In this document: positions 28,966 through 38,471 of the stretch, piece by piece
Layout: every line of letters begins with the position of its first letter
Position numbering within the stretch: the stretch's first letter is position 1
Origin: Clostridia bacterium
GTDB lineage: Bacteria > Bacillota > Clostridia > Oscillospirales > CAG-272
Direction: 5' to 3'
NCBI GenBank assembly: GCA_017408585.1
Contig: JAFQUJ010000004.1
Span: 12,662 to 76,661 of the forward strand
DNA length: 64,000 nt
Translations under genes and position numbers: made by a program
The notes under the pieces: model-generated
What the model was told of the DNA's origin: nothing
Database searches by the model: none
The model's input: the letters and a program-made list of their open reading frames with translations, nothing else

Positions 28966-29739
28966 ATGTTTAAAATCTTAGCAATAGGAGATGTATGTGG
29001 GCCTTGCGGGGTCGAGTACATCAAAAGCAATTTATGGCGCATCAGGCGCGAAAATCAAATAAACATGGTTATTCTCAATGGCGAGAATTCCGCTGAGCCG
29101 AATGGCATTGACAGGCAGAGCGCTGAGGTGCTATTTGAGAGTGGAGCTGATGTTATCACCACGGGAAATCATGTATTTAGAAAGACGAGCGTTTTTTCGT
29201 ATCTTGACGATTGCGAATACATTTTACGCCCGTTAAATTACCCTAAGACGAACCCCGGTCACGGCTCGTGCATTATAAAAATAGACGGATACAGGGTGCT
29301 TTGCATGAACGCCTTGGGTAGCGCCTACATGGACGCTAGCGGGTGTCCGTTTGAGGCGATAGAGGCGACTCTTAAATACAACGAGGGCTTATACGATTTT
29401 GTGGTGCTTGACATTCACGCAGAGGCGACAGGCGAGAAAAGGGCGATTGCCTACAACTTTGCCGACGCTCTTAGCGTATGCTTTGGCACTCACACGCATG
29501 TTCAAACAAATGATGCGTGCATATTAGAGGGTGGCTGTGGCTATCTTACCGATCTTGGAATGGTGGGGGCGACTGATAGCATTTTAGGCGTCAAAAAGGA
29601 CTGCGTAATCCATCGCTTAAAGACGAAAATGCTCTCGCGCTTTGACTTCGCAGATGGCGAGGCGAGGGGCGACGGAGCTATATTTGAGCTTGACACAAAA
29701 ACAGGAAAATGTGTTGGCTGTAAGACAATTAGATTTTAA
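28966..29739 (+). CDS. ymdB: YmdB-like metallophosphoesterase (2',3'-cyclic-nucleotide phosphodiesterase family, TIGR00282)
   Basis: MFKILAIGDVCGPCG…ILNGENSA…TTGNH… Conserved rny-ymdB synteny as in Bacillus. Confidence 0.88.
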   Translation: MFKILAIGDVCGPCGVEYIKSNLWRIRRENQINMVILNGENSAEPNGIDRQSAEVLFESGADVITTGNHVFRKTSVFSYLDDCEYILRPLNYPKTNPGHGSCIIKIDGYRVLCMNALGSAYMDASGCPFEAIEATLKYNEGLYDFVVLDIHAEATGEKRAIAYNFADALSVCFGTHTHVQTNDACILEGGCGYLTDLGMVGATDSILGVKKDCVIHRLKTKMLSRFDFADGEARGDGAIFELDTKTGKCVGCKTIRF

Positions 29740-29804
29740 TTATGCTCGCAGGGGCATACCTGCAAAATTTATGCTCGCGGGGGCGTACCCGTAAGGAGAT
29801 ATAT

Positions 29805-31082
29805 ATGAAAACAACAGAGCTACTTAGCTATGTAGAGGCAGGAGCGCTAGACGCTCGTTTAGCTGAAATTTATGGTGACGAGAATGTAGATGCTCAAAGA
29901 AAAAGATACACAGAGGCAATCGAGGAGTTCTACAACATTTATGGTGAGCGCGAGACAGAGCTTTTCAGCGTTCCCGGCAGAAGTGAGATCTCGGGCAACC
30001 ACACCGACCACAATCACGGATGCGTGCTTGCAGGCTCAATAAATCTTGACATAATTGCGGTTGCATCAAAAACGGACAACACCGAAATTCGCATTAAGAG
30101 CAAGGGCTTTGATGAGGATGTTGTTGATATTGCAAAATACACAAAGCCAAACGAGGACGATTACTTCAAGTCAAGTGCGCTAATTGCGGGCATGGCAAGG
30201 GCATTTTGCGACCTTTCTCTAAATGTTGGTGGCTATGTAGCATACACAACCTCGAATGTTTTCAAGGGCTCGGGACTTTCCTCGTCTGCTGCGTTTGAGG
30301 TAATGATAGGCAATATGCTAAACCACTTCTATAATGGTGGCAGAGTTGACAATGTAGAGATTGCGAAGATGGCGCAATTTGCCGAGAACAAGTTCTTTGG
30401 CAAGCCCTGCGGACTTATGGATCAGGTTGCGTGCGCTGTTGGAGGCTTTGTTGCGATTGATTTTGAAGATCCAACCAGTCCTAAGATTGAAAAAATCGCG
30501 CTTGACCTTGATGCTAAGGGCTATGCGCTTTGTATAGTAAACACAGGTGGCAACCATGCCGACTTAAACGAGGATTATGCGTCTGTTCCTGCCGAAATGA
30601 AGAGCGTCGCTCGTTATTTTGGTCATAGCGTTCTAAGAGAAATGACCCTTGAGGAGCTTCTTAGCGACATTGAGGGCGCAAGAGCGAGAGTTGGCGACAG
30701 AGCGATTTTAAGAGCCATTCACTTCTTTAACGAGAATGTAAGAGTATCGGCACAGGCAAGGGCTCTCCTTGACGGTGACCTTGACGAGTTCTTCTCAGGC
30801 GTTATGGCGTCGGGACGCTCATCGTTTATGTACCTACAAAATGTATTCACCACAAAGAATGTGTCCGAGCAAGGACTATCTCTTGCTCTCGCTCTAACCG
30901 ATAACGCCTTAAAGGGCAAGGGTGGCGCATACAGAGTTCACGGTGGTGGCTTTGCCGGCACAATCCAAGCCTTCGTACCAAAATCCGAGGTAGAAGCCTA
31001 TCGCAAGGTAATTGACAGCGCATTTGGCGCAGGGGCTTGTCATGTGTTGAGGATAAGAGGATATGGTGCAATAAAGCTTTGA
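29805..31082 (+). CDS. galactokinase-family GHMP kinase
   Basis: Trimmed to MKTTELL at 29805 (RBS gtaaggagat). Galactokinase signature PGRSEISGNHTDHNHGCVL and GHMP motif GSGLSSSAA. Confidence 0.8.
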   Translation: MKTTELLSYVEAGALDARLAEIYGDENVDAQRKRYTEAIEEFYNIYGERETELFSVPGRSEISGNHTDHNHGCVLAGSINLDIIAVASKTDNTEIRIKSKGFDEDVVDIAKYTKPNEDDYFKSSALIAGMARAFCDLSLNVGGYVAYTTSNVFKGSGLSSSAAFEVMIGNMLNHFYNGGRVDNVEIAKMAQFAENKFFGKPCGLMDQVACAVGGFVAIDFEDPTSPKIEKIALDLDAKGYALCIVNTGGNHADLNEDYASVPAEMKSVARYFGHSVLREMTLEELLSDIEGARARVGDRAILRAIHFFNENVRVSAQARALLDGDLDEFFSGVMASGRSSFMYLQNVFTTKNVSEQGLSLALALTDNALKGKGGAYRVHGGGFAGTIQAFVPKSEVEAYRKVIDSAFGAGACHVLRIRGYGAIKL

Positions 31083-31084
31083 GG

Positions 31085-31320
31085 CTTGATAAGCGGCGAC
31101 AATCTCAAAAATGCGGAATGAGGAATGCGGAGTGCGGAGTGAATAAAATTGCTTCGTGAGAGTGTAGCAGTTTTGGCTATACAAAAGCGGAATTTGGCTC
31201 TCGACCCGCGTCGAGTGTGCAATTCACGACACGGAGTGTCAATTAATGGCGTTAGCCGATTCGCGTGCGAAGCGCAATTCATTTTGGTCGATATGTCCTA
31301 ACGGACAAAAAACAAAGGAT
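31085..31320. repeat. compound repeat: GGAATGCGG-type heptamers, partial GC-hairpin module, hairpin array
   Basis: atgcggaatgaggaatgcggagtgcggagtg…, aatttggctctcgacccgcgtcgagtg, gacac-gga-gtgtc, tggc-gtta-gcca, gcg-tgcgaa-gcgc, gtcc-taac-ggac. Confidence 0.8.
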
Positions 31321-31323
31321 ACT

Positions 31324-32097
31324 ATGATAGCATACACATTATTTTCCGGCTCGACGGGAAATTCAATTTACATAAAAAACGGCTCTGACGAGATTTTGAT
31401 TGATGCGGGAAAGAGCGCATCGGCAATCGACAAGGCGCTATGCTCGCTCGGCTCTGCCTTGAAGAGCATCAAGGCGATTTTTCTCACGCACGAGCACAGC
31501 GACCACACGGGTGGTCTTGAAATTATCTCGAAAAAGCATCACATACCAATACATATCACCGCCCCGTCATATCCTAGGGTGGCGTATCAAGGCTCGTTTG
31601 TGTCACAGAGTGCCATCTCGCACAAGATACATTACGAGGTCAAGGTTGGCTCGCTCACCGTAAGGTCATTTTGCGTGCCTCACGATAGCATACAAAATGT
31701 TGGCTACATTATCACAACCGACGAGGGCGAGAGCCTTGGGATTGCAACCGACATAGGTCATGTAACCGACGAAATTAAGGAGTCACTCCTTGGAGTTGAG
31801 TGTGCGATTGTCGAGTCAAATCACGATAAGTTTCTGCTTGTCGCAGGGCCTTATCCCGAATTTTTAAAGCACAGAATTTTAGCAGATACAGGACACCTTG
31901 CAAACGAGGATAGTGCCGAGCTGTGTCTGTTTTTGGCGAAAAATGGCACAAAATCAATCACTCTTGCGCACCTAAGTCGCGAGAACAACTCTCCCGAGCT
32001 TGCCTTTTTGGCAACAAGAGAGGCTCTCGATAAAAACGGATATGGCGAGGTTTGTCTTAGCGTCGCCTCTCCCTGCGAGTGTGTCAAGGTGAGATAA
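31324..32097 (+). CDS. MBL-fold metallo-hydrolase (YycJ-like)
   Basis: Trimmed to MIAYTLFSGSTGNS at 31324; the upstream ORF part is repeat sequence. HEHSDH metal-binding motif. Confidence 0.8.
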   Translation: MIAYTLFSGSTGNSIYIKNGSDEILIDAGKSASAIDKALCSLGSALKSIKAIFLTHEHSDHTGGLEIISKKHHIPIHITAPSYPRVAYQGSFVSQSAISHKIHYEVKVGSLTVRSFCVPHDSIQNVGYIITTDEGESLGIATDIGHVTDEIKESLLGVECAIVESNHDKFLLVAGPYPEFLKHRILADTGHLANEDSAELCLFLAKNGTKSITLAHLSRENNSPELAFLATREALDKNGYGEVCLSVASPCECVKVR

Positions 32098-32107
32098 GGG
32101 GGATATT

Positions 32108-33229
32108 ATGAAGGTATTAATCTCGATAGACTCCTTTAAGGGCTCGCTTAGCTCCATTGAGGCAGGCGAGGCAATCAAAAGGGGAATTTTGCGTGCGAAA
32201 AGCGACACAGAGGTCGTTGTTTTGCCTCTTGGCGATGGCGGAGAGGGCACAACCGACGCGCTTCGTCTTGCCTACAAGGCTAAAAGGCGCACCATCACCA
32301 CGCTTAACCCAATCGGCAGAAAAATAAGGGCTAGCTACTACATAGTGGGCAATCGTGCGATAATGGAAATGAGCGCATCGGCGGGGCTGTGCTTGATAAA
32401 GGAAAGCCAAAGAGACCCCATGCACACAACCACCTATGGTGTTGGTCTTATGATAAGAGATGCAATAGAAAACGGGGCAACCGAATTTCTTATCGGTGTT
32501 GGCGGAAGCGCTACAAACGATGGCGGAATCGGTATGCTTCAGGCGCTCGGCTTTAGCTTCCTTGACTGTAACGGAAACGAGGTAGGCTTTGGCGCATATG
32601 GCGCAGGAAGCGTCTGTAAGGTGTTTAGAGGCAGAGCTATGACAGCTCTTAAGGATTGCACCTTCAAAATACTTTGCGATGTTCAAAATCCACTTCTTGG
32701 CCCTAACGGAGCAAGCTATGTTTATTCATATCAAAAGGGCGCAAGGGGCGAGGTTATAAATTTGCTCGAGGGTTGTCTTAAAAGCTTTGCTAAGGCGACA
32801 AGGGTTTCCTTGCCGAAGGCTGACCCATACGCACCCGGCTCAGGCGCTGCGGGTGGCCTTGGCTTTGCGTTTCTTAGCTACCTTGGCGCAGAATTGCTCA
32901 GCGGGGCGCACGAGGTTTTGCGTGCCACTCGCTTTGAGGAGCACCTAGAGGACGCAAATATAGTTATCACGGGCGAGGGCAGAATTGACTCTCAAAGCGT
33001 TAACGGAAAAGCACCAATCATAGTTGCAGAGGTGGCAAAAAGGCACTCAAAGAGAGTAATCGGCTTGTGTGGCATAACAGGTGATGGCTACGAGGCGTGC
33101 TATGAGGCGGGCATTGACGAAATTCACGCCATAGCAGACCCGAGCAAAACCACCGAGGAAAACATGAAAAAAGAGATAGCGATAGCTAATCTTGAAAATA
33201 AAGCATACGAAATTTTTTCAAAAATTTAA
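32108..33229 (+). CDS. glxK: glycerate kinase
   Basis: MKVLISIDSFKGSLSSIEAGEAI…PLGDGGEGT… is the canonical glycerate kinase N-terminus. 373 aa. Confidence 0.88.
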   Translation: MKVLISIDSFKGSLSSIEAGEAIKRGILRAKSDTEVVVLPLGDGGEGTTDALRLAYKAKRRTITTLNPIGRKIRASYYIVGNRAIMEMSASAGLCLIKESQRDPMHTTTYGVGLMIRDAIENGATEFLIGVGGSATNDGGIGMLQALGFSFLDCNGNEVGFGAYGAGSVCKVFRGRAMTALKDCTFKILCDVQNPLLGPNGASYVYSYQKGARGEVINLLEGCLKSFAKATRVSLPKADPYAPGSGAAGGLGFAFLSYLGAELLSGAHEVLRATRFEEHLEDANIVITGEGRIDSQSVNGKAPIIVAEVAKRHSKRVIGLCGITGDGYEACYEAGIDEIHAIADPSKTTEENMKKEIAIANLENKAYEIFSKI

Positions 33230-33265
33230 AGGGGCAACCCAAGAGTAAGATAAAGAGGTATAAAA

Positions 33266-34534
33266 ATGGGCTTTGTAAAAAATCCTGTAAAGGGAATGTG
33301 CGACATTCTCCCACAAGATATGCGACTAAGGGAGAGGGCGCTTTCACTTATTAAGAGCGCATATAGCAGATATGGCTTTGAGGGTATTGAAACTCCTGTT
33401 ATGGAATCAATTGACAACCTTTTGTCAAAGCAGGGTGGAGAGAACGAAAAGCTAATATTCAAGGTTTTAAAGAATGGCGCTGACCTTCAAAGAGCGCTGG
33501 AGCGTGGGGGAGAGCTTGCCGAGAGTGGCTTGCGCTATGATTTAACCCTTCCGCTTGCAAGATATTATTCAAATAACACAAACAATCTCGCATCACCCTT
33601 TAAGGCGCTTCAAATCGGTAGCGTTTTTAGAGCTGACAAGCCTCAAAAGGGCAGATTTAGACAGTTCACCCAATGCGATATTGATATTCTCGGTGACGAG
33701 AGCAACTTTGCCGAGATTGAGCTAATCAGCGCAACAGCGGGTATGCTTTGCACAATCTTTTCCGAGATGGGAATAAATGACCGTAAATTCAAGGTTCATA
33801 TAAATGACCGTCGTATCCTTTTGGCGATTGGTCGCATGGCAGGCTTTACCGAGGACGAGGTTTCCTCTGCTCTTATCTCACTTGACAAGCTTGATAAAAT
33901 CGGCTTTGATGGCGTTCGTGCTGAGCTTATCGAGAATGGCTATAACGAGCAAAGCGTCGATAAGTATCTGGGCATATACAGTAATGCCGAGGGACAGAGC
34001 GTTGAGAGCTTTTGCGCAAAAATCGGCGAGGAGTATCTGGATTTGGCAGTTGCAAAGAGCCTAAACGAGATTATCGAGTGCGCAACCGCAAGCGTTCCCG
34101 ACACGGTTGAGCTTTGCTTTGACCCAACTCTTGTTCGTGGAATGGGCTACTACACAGGCCCAATCTTCGAGGTTACAACTGATGGCTATGGCTTCTCAAT
34201 TGCAGGTGGCGGACGATACGATAAAATGATAGGTAAATTTACAGGCAAGGACACCTGCGCTGTCGGCTTCTCAATCGGCTTTGAGAGAATTATCACCATT
34301 TTAAAGGACTACCTAAGCGACGAGGCAGGCAAGCTAAGAGGCGAGGCAATTGCATACCTAATCGATAAAAGAGCACCTCTTGAAAGAAAAATGGAAATCT
34401 ATGCCGAGGCGCAAGCGCTTCGTGCCGATGGCAAGACAGTTACAATCGTGCCAATGAAGAAAAACCTCAAGTTCCAAATTGAAGAGCTTGAAAAAATCGG
34501 ATATACGAAATTTAACAAAATCTATAACGATTAA
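33266..34534 (+). CDS. hisS: histidine--tRNA ligase
   Basis: 422 aa class II aaRS. Motifs …LRYDLTLPLARY…, FRADKPQKGRFRQFTQCD, GGGRYD, plus a C-terminal anticodon-binding domain. Strong terminator downstream. Confidence 0.88.
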   Translation: MGFVKNPVKGMCDILPQDMRLRERALSLIKSAYSRYGFEGIETPVMESIDNLLSKQGGENEKLIFKVLKNGADLQRALERGGELAESGLRYDLTLPLARYYSNNTNNLASPFKALQIGSVFRADKPQKGRFRQFTQCDIDILGDESNFAEIELISATAGMLCTIFSEMGINDRKFKVHINDRRILLAIGRMAGFTEDEVSSALISLDKLDKIGFDGVRAELIENGYNEQSVDKYLGIYSNAEGQSVESFCAKIGEEYLDLAVAKSLNEIIECATASVPDTVELCFDPTLVRGMGYYTGPIFEVTTDGYGFSIAGGGRYDKMIGKFTGKDTCAVGFSIGFERIITILKDYLSDEAGKLRGEAIAYLIDKRAPLERKMEIYAEAQALRADGKTVTIVPMKKNLKFQIEELEKIGYTKFNKIYND

Positions 34535-34542
34535 TAAAAAAC

Positions 34543-34589
34543 ACAGAGCAAGATATAAGGAAAAGCCTTGTATCTTGCTCTGTTTTTTG
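34543..34589 (+). terminator. rho-independent terminator of hisS
   Basis: 18-nt arms acagagcaagatataagg / ccttgtatcttgctctgt (one mismatch) followed by tttttt. Confidence 0.85.
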
Positions 34590-34599
34590 TATGTGAATT

Positions 34600-34757
34600 A
34601 ACAACAGGGAGCCCCTGTGGGCGAACAAAACGCTCCGCAGGAGCATATCGAGTCAGCAACGCTGACATATCGAGTTGCGTTAGCAACATATCGAGTCCGT
34701 TAGGACATATCGACTTATATGCGTCCTTGTGTGCATTAAAGTGCGAGCTCCGTGCTT
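34600..34757. repeat. ATATCGAG-linked hairpin array
   Basis: gtcagc-aac-gctgac, gttgc-gtta-gcaac and gtcc-gtta-ggac hairpins joined by atatcgag, then atatcgacttatatgcgtccttgtgtgca… as at 43780-43815. Confidence 0.8.
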
Positions 34758-36299
34758 TTATAGCTGTTTAATTAAATTAATGTAGAATTCGCACGATTTT
34801 GCAATCGATTCCAGGCGAATTTTTTCGTTATGAGCGTGGATTGAGCGACGCTCCTCGAGGGTTAAATCCATAGCGGAGAAGCGATAAACCTTGTCGCTTA
34901 GCTCACCGTAATGGCGACTGTCAGAGCACTGCATCATAAGATAAGGTGTGACAATACAGCCCTGCCATGTGGCTGAAATTGCGTTTGCAACCATCTCATA
35001 CTCGTGGCAATCCGTGCGCGAAATTCGGCTTGGATTTGACGCATAAAGAGGTACAATTTCAATCTCGTCGTCGTGAATTTGACGCCTCAAATATGCGAGC
35101 GCGCTATCAACGGTATCACCGGGGTTAAGTCTTATATTCGATACCATGCTAGCCTCGGTTGGCATAACATTTGGCGCATCGCTTCCGTTTGCCTGTGTAA
35201 ACGCAACGGTTGTGCGTATAAGCGCATTTATCTCGCCACCGCTCTTTTTGCCGATAAGGCTGATAATTCCACTAAACGCCCACAAATTCGCAAAAATTGT
35301 GCGATAAAGCGGGGTAGAGCGCCTGCCGAGCGTATTGAACATTTGGTACGCAGGGTCGCTCATTTTCATTTTGAAGGGGTGCTTTTCAATTGATGCGCAA
35401 GCGTCACTTAGCCTTCCTATAAGCGAGCGTGGCTTAGGTGATGATGCATGACCGCCGTTAGATTTTAAGCGATACTCAACATTGAGCATACCCTTTTCGG
35501 CAATACCAATCATTCCACAAGCGCACTTGACGCCGGGGAATACATTCTCGCACACAGCTCCGCCCTCGTCAAGCACAAGCCCTATTTTTATGCCATTGCT
35601 TTTGAAGTATTTTACAATCTCGGGTGCGCCAAGACCGTTAGTTTCCTCGTTACCTGCAAAGGCAAGGTAGATGTCCCTTGATGGCTCAAAGCCACGCGCG
35701 ATTAGAGTGTCGGTGGCAAACAGAGCGCCATTCATTGTGACCTTGGTGTCAAGCGTGCCTCGTCCCCAAAGCACTCCGTCCTCGATTATGCCCTCAAAGG
35801 GTGGCTTTTCCCAACCACTCTCGTCAACGCCGACAACATCGAAGTGCGCCATCAAAACCACAGCCTCGTCACCTTCACTCTCAACTGACGACACAGGGTT
35901 AGCCCCTGCTTCGTGAGCGTCCAATGAATTTCCACTACACAATGACGGATTTTGGGTGTCTAGCCCTCTCGACCTCGGTAGCTTAAAAAGAATGGCACGA
36001 TTTGGTAAGCGAATAAACTCGCATTTTTCAAACACATTTGGATAAAGCGAGGGAAGTGAGGAGATTAGCCCCTCAAACTCAGCCTCGTCGTCAAGAGAGG
36101 GGTCAGAGTGCGATATCGTCTTGAATTTTACAAGCGTTCTAAGACACTCAGTAGCCCTTTCGGCATCAAAATCCGTGTCTGTTTCAATCTCGAGAGGTAC
36201 TCTCTTGGGCTTGAAGGTTAGCGTGCGAATAACAATCACTAAAATCAACGCTAAAAGCACTACGCCAATAGCTCCAAGCGTTATATATAAAGCTTCCAT
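34758..36299 (-). CDS. M20 family metallopeptidase with N-terminal membrane anchor
   Basis: 513 aa. TM helix at the N-terminus. MAHFDVV…WGRGTLDTK…AGNEETNG are M20 metal-binding motifs. Confidence 0.8.
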   Translation of the reverse strand: MEALYITLGAIGVVLLALILVIVIRTLTFKPKRVPLEIETDTDFDAERATECLRTLVKFKTISHSDPSLDDEAEFEGLISSLPSLYPNVFEKCEFIRLPNRAILFKLPRSRGLDTQNPSLCSGNSLDAHEAGANPVSSVESEGDEAVVLMAHFDVVGVDESGWEKPPFEGIIEDGVLWGRGTLDTKVTMNGALFATDTLIARGFEPSRDIYLAFAGNEETNGLGAPEIVKYFKSNGIKIGLVLDEGGAVCENVFPGVKCACGMIGIAEKGMLNVEYRLKSNGGHASSPKPRSLIGRLSDACASIEKHPFKMKMSDPAYQMFNTLGRRSTPLYRTIFANLWAFSGIISLIGKKSGGEINALIRTTVAFTQANGSDAPNVMPTEASMVSNIRLNPGDTVDSALAYLRRQIHDDEIEIVPLYASNPSRISRTDCHEYEMVANAISATWQGCIVTPYLMMQCSDSRHYGELSDKVYRFSAMDLTLEERRSIHAHNEKIRLESIAKSCEFYINLIKQL

Positions 36300-36325
36300 A
36301 AAACCTCTTATAAAAGGATCTCACA

Positions 36326-36364
36326 CTTTTCTTTATTAAAAAGAAAAGCGTGGCAAAAGAAAAA
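36326..36364 (-). repeat. Y-Y-R triad element in reverse orientation, upstream of the M20 peptidase gene
   Basis: CTTTTCTTT-atta-AAAAGAAAAG-cgtggc-AAAAGAAAAA. On the minus (coding) strand this reads Y-Y-R and ends 27 nt before the ATG at 36299. Confidence 0.75.
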
Positions 36365-36477
36365 CTTGGCGAGGGCAAAAAAGTGGGAATTGAGAAAAGG
36401 CAGTAGCCCATCAAGGCTTGTAAAAATGATATTTTACCAAACCTTAAAAGGATAGGGCTATGTTTTCCACAGTGTGA

Positions 36478-36518
36478 TTTCTTTTTTGCTTACTTTTTTC
36501 TTTTTCCAAAGAAAAAAG
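36478..36518 (+). repeat. Y-Y-R triad element, plus-strand orientation, between two minus-strand genes
   Basis: TTTCTTTTTT-gctta-CTTTTTTCTTT-ttcc-AAAGAAAAAAG, abutting the stop of 36519..37190. Confidence 0.8.
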
Positions 36519-37190
36519 TTATAATAGCCCTTTTTTATACATAATTCTTGCGACGATAATAGTAAACACAACGCCGACGGGAACCATAATGCCGACTGTG
36601 CCTGCGTTGAGTGCAGGAATAGTCACAAAAAGGATAAGCATAAGAATGATAGGTGCAATTGCAAGCTTCCAATTTTTAGACACGAAAACCACGCCAAGAC
36701 CGCCAAACAAGGCAGGAAGCATTTGAGCAAACGCAGGGTCAAGCACAGGATTTTCGAGAATAGGAGTTAGCGGAATAATGAGAATTACACCGATAATAAC
36801 GATAATAGTTGTAACAATGCTGGATGTCGCAATTGCGATAGTCGAGATAATCTCGCCCTCCTCGCTGTTGGACTTAACCTCAGCCTTTTCCATAGCGTCA
36901 AGCGCCACAGGGAGCTTTAGATTGGAAATGTTACCTGTAACAAAGGAGAGGTATGTTCCACCTGCGCCAAGCATAGGCACATAGGTAATAACCTCAATAA
37001 GACCAACCGCCCAATACATAGGAACGGTAGCAATCAAGCCCTTGCCGAGAGCGCTCCAGTTAGGAACAGCTTGGAAGATTACGCAAAGAAGCAAGGGAAA
37101 AAGGAAAATGAGCGCCAAAAGCGTAAACGACCAAATTTTTCCGTCGCGGTGAACGCTGTCAAGATATGATAGCTCCTTCTTTTCTCTCAT
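36519..37190 (-). CDS. polytopic membrane protein, unknown function
   Basis: Start set at MREKKEL (ATG 37190-37188), forming an ATGA overlap with the upstream gene's stop. Multiple hydrophobic helices. Confidence 0.6.
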   Translation of the reverse strand: MREKKELSYLDSVHRDGKIWSFTLLALIFLFPLLLCVIFQAVPNWSALGKGLIATVPMYWAVGLIEVITYVPMLGAGGTYLSFVTGNISNLKLPVALDAMEKAEVKSNSEEGEIISTIAIATSSIVTTIIVIIGVILIIPLTPILENPVLDPAFAQMLPALFGGLGVVFVSKNWKLAIAPIILMLILFVTIPALNAGTVGIMVPVGVVFTIIVARIMYKKGLL

Positions 37191-37999
37191 GCGATAACAC
37201 CTCCCAGCCAAGCGGTAATTGGAATAGCTGACGCCATACCGAGCACCATAGAAATAGGAAGAGCGTAGTCATTTAGCCACTTCCATTTTAGCTTTTTCAT
37301 AAGCACGCCACAAAGAACCATAATGAGCGCACTAACAATCATAACAAGAACGGGAACAAGACCCGAGGTCGAGGTATATTGAACGACCTCCTCAATGCCC
37401 TGATCGTTTTTCTCAATAGTTGTAAAAATACCATTTTCGCTCGACCAAAGACGATAAACATCACAGAAAACGAAGCCAAGAAACGCCGAAATCATGCCAA
37501 GGAACATAGCATTGTTAAAGATTTCACGCCACTTTGCGTCGCTCTTTTCGAGCTTAATCATACCATTTTGAATTTTCTTGGTAAGAAGTGGGGTGAGGAT
37601 AAGACCGAGAAGAATGCCGATTGTCATAACCCAAAGGATAGTGACAAAAATGCCGGGGTCGGTTACCTCCTTGCCCAAGGTTTCACCAAAGCCACTCATG
37701 GCATTGTTAGCTGCAATCATCTCATAAGAGAGCGAGCCGATAACCGAAAGCCTAAGCCAAGGCACAGCCACGCCAAGCGACTTGGAGAGGGAAAGCACAC
37801 CCACCAAAATGGATATAGCGGGCGCTATCGTGAAAACAGCCGAAGAAATAATAGTTTTTTTAAGCACACTCTTGTCCATTCCCTTGGCAAGAGCTCTACG
37901 ATAAGCGCGAATCAGAAAATAAAACGATTGCGCCAGCACCGTAGCTATTATAATCGAAACTATGATATAGATTATGGGGTGGTTAACATCAAATGTCAT
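37187..37999 (-). CDS. polytopic membrane protein (DUF5058-like)
   Basis: 270 aa with several TM helices. Translationally coupled to 36519..37190 and followed by the M20 peptidase. The family call is from memory of DUF5058 N-termini and is tentative. Confidence 0.55.
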   Translation of the reverse strand: MTFDVNHPIIYIIVSIIIATVLAQSFYFLIRAYRRALAKGMDKSVLKKTIISSAVFTIAPAISILVGVLSLSKSLGVAVPWLRLSVIGSLSYEMIAANNAMSGFGETLGKEVTDPGIFVTILWVMTIGILLGLILTPLLTKKIQNGMIKLEKSDAKWREIFNNAMFLGMISAFLGFVFCDVYRLWSSENGIFTTIEKNDQGIEEVVQYTSTSGLVPVLVMIVSALIMVLCGVLMKKLKWKWLNDYALPISMVLGMASAIPITAWLGGVIA

Positions 38000-38019
38000 A
38001 TAAATTTTTGAGCGTTGAT

Positions 38020-38400
38020 AATCTACGACAATCTTCGTTGCTCCTCAATGGTGACCTTGACGCACGCAAAAAAGTGCGCCTGCGCCCGCCATTTCCGGTG
38101 CGCCTTGCCTGTCTTGATTCTAAACGCTCAAACCTCCTGTTTTTTGTTTGGGTTCATTAATTGCTCCTCAAAGCGAACAAGGTGAGTTTTGGGGGGTTGC
38201 GTGTCTGCTTGCTTCTTAACCCTTAAACCTCCTGTTTTTTTGTTTATCGGCTCTTCCCCAGCACGAGTTGGCTTTTGACAGAAAACTGCTTTGAACTACT
38301 GCGTTCTCGCTCGGTTACAGACCATGAACGGTATGCGCCCTCGCTCCGCCTTGTATTTCTTTGCCATTTATCCGTCAAATTCGCCTTGCAGCTCACCTCT
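38020..38400. repeat. junction-type element plus associated modules
   Basis: …ttcgttgctcctcaatggtg-ACCTT-gacgcac-gcaaaaaa-gtgcgcc-tgcgccc-gccatt… 38165-38240 is shared with 23330-23400. 38300-38375 (actgcgttctcgctcggttacagaccatgaacggtatgcgccctcgctccgccttgt) is shared with 61675-61735. Confidence 0.8.
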
Positions 38401-38471
38401 TAGCTGTGGCAGAGCCTCTTTGATTTTTTCGAGCACCGTTTCTTTTTCCAAAGAAAAGGTGCAAAGCCCGA

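Noticed and set aside
33230-33265. A T-box leader upstream of hisS.
   Set aside because: Only 36 nt separate glxK and hisS, far too short for a T-box riboswitch.
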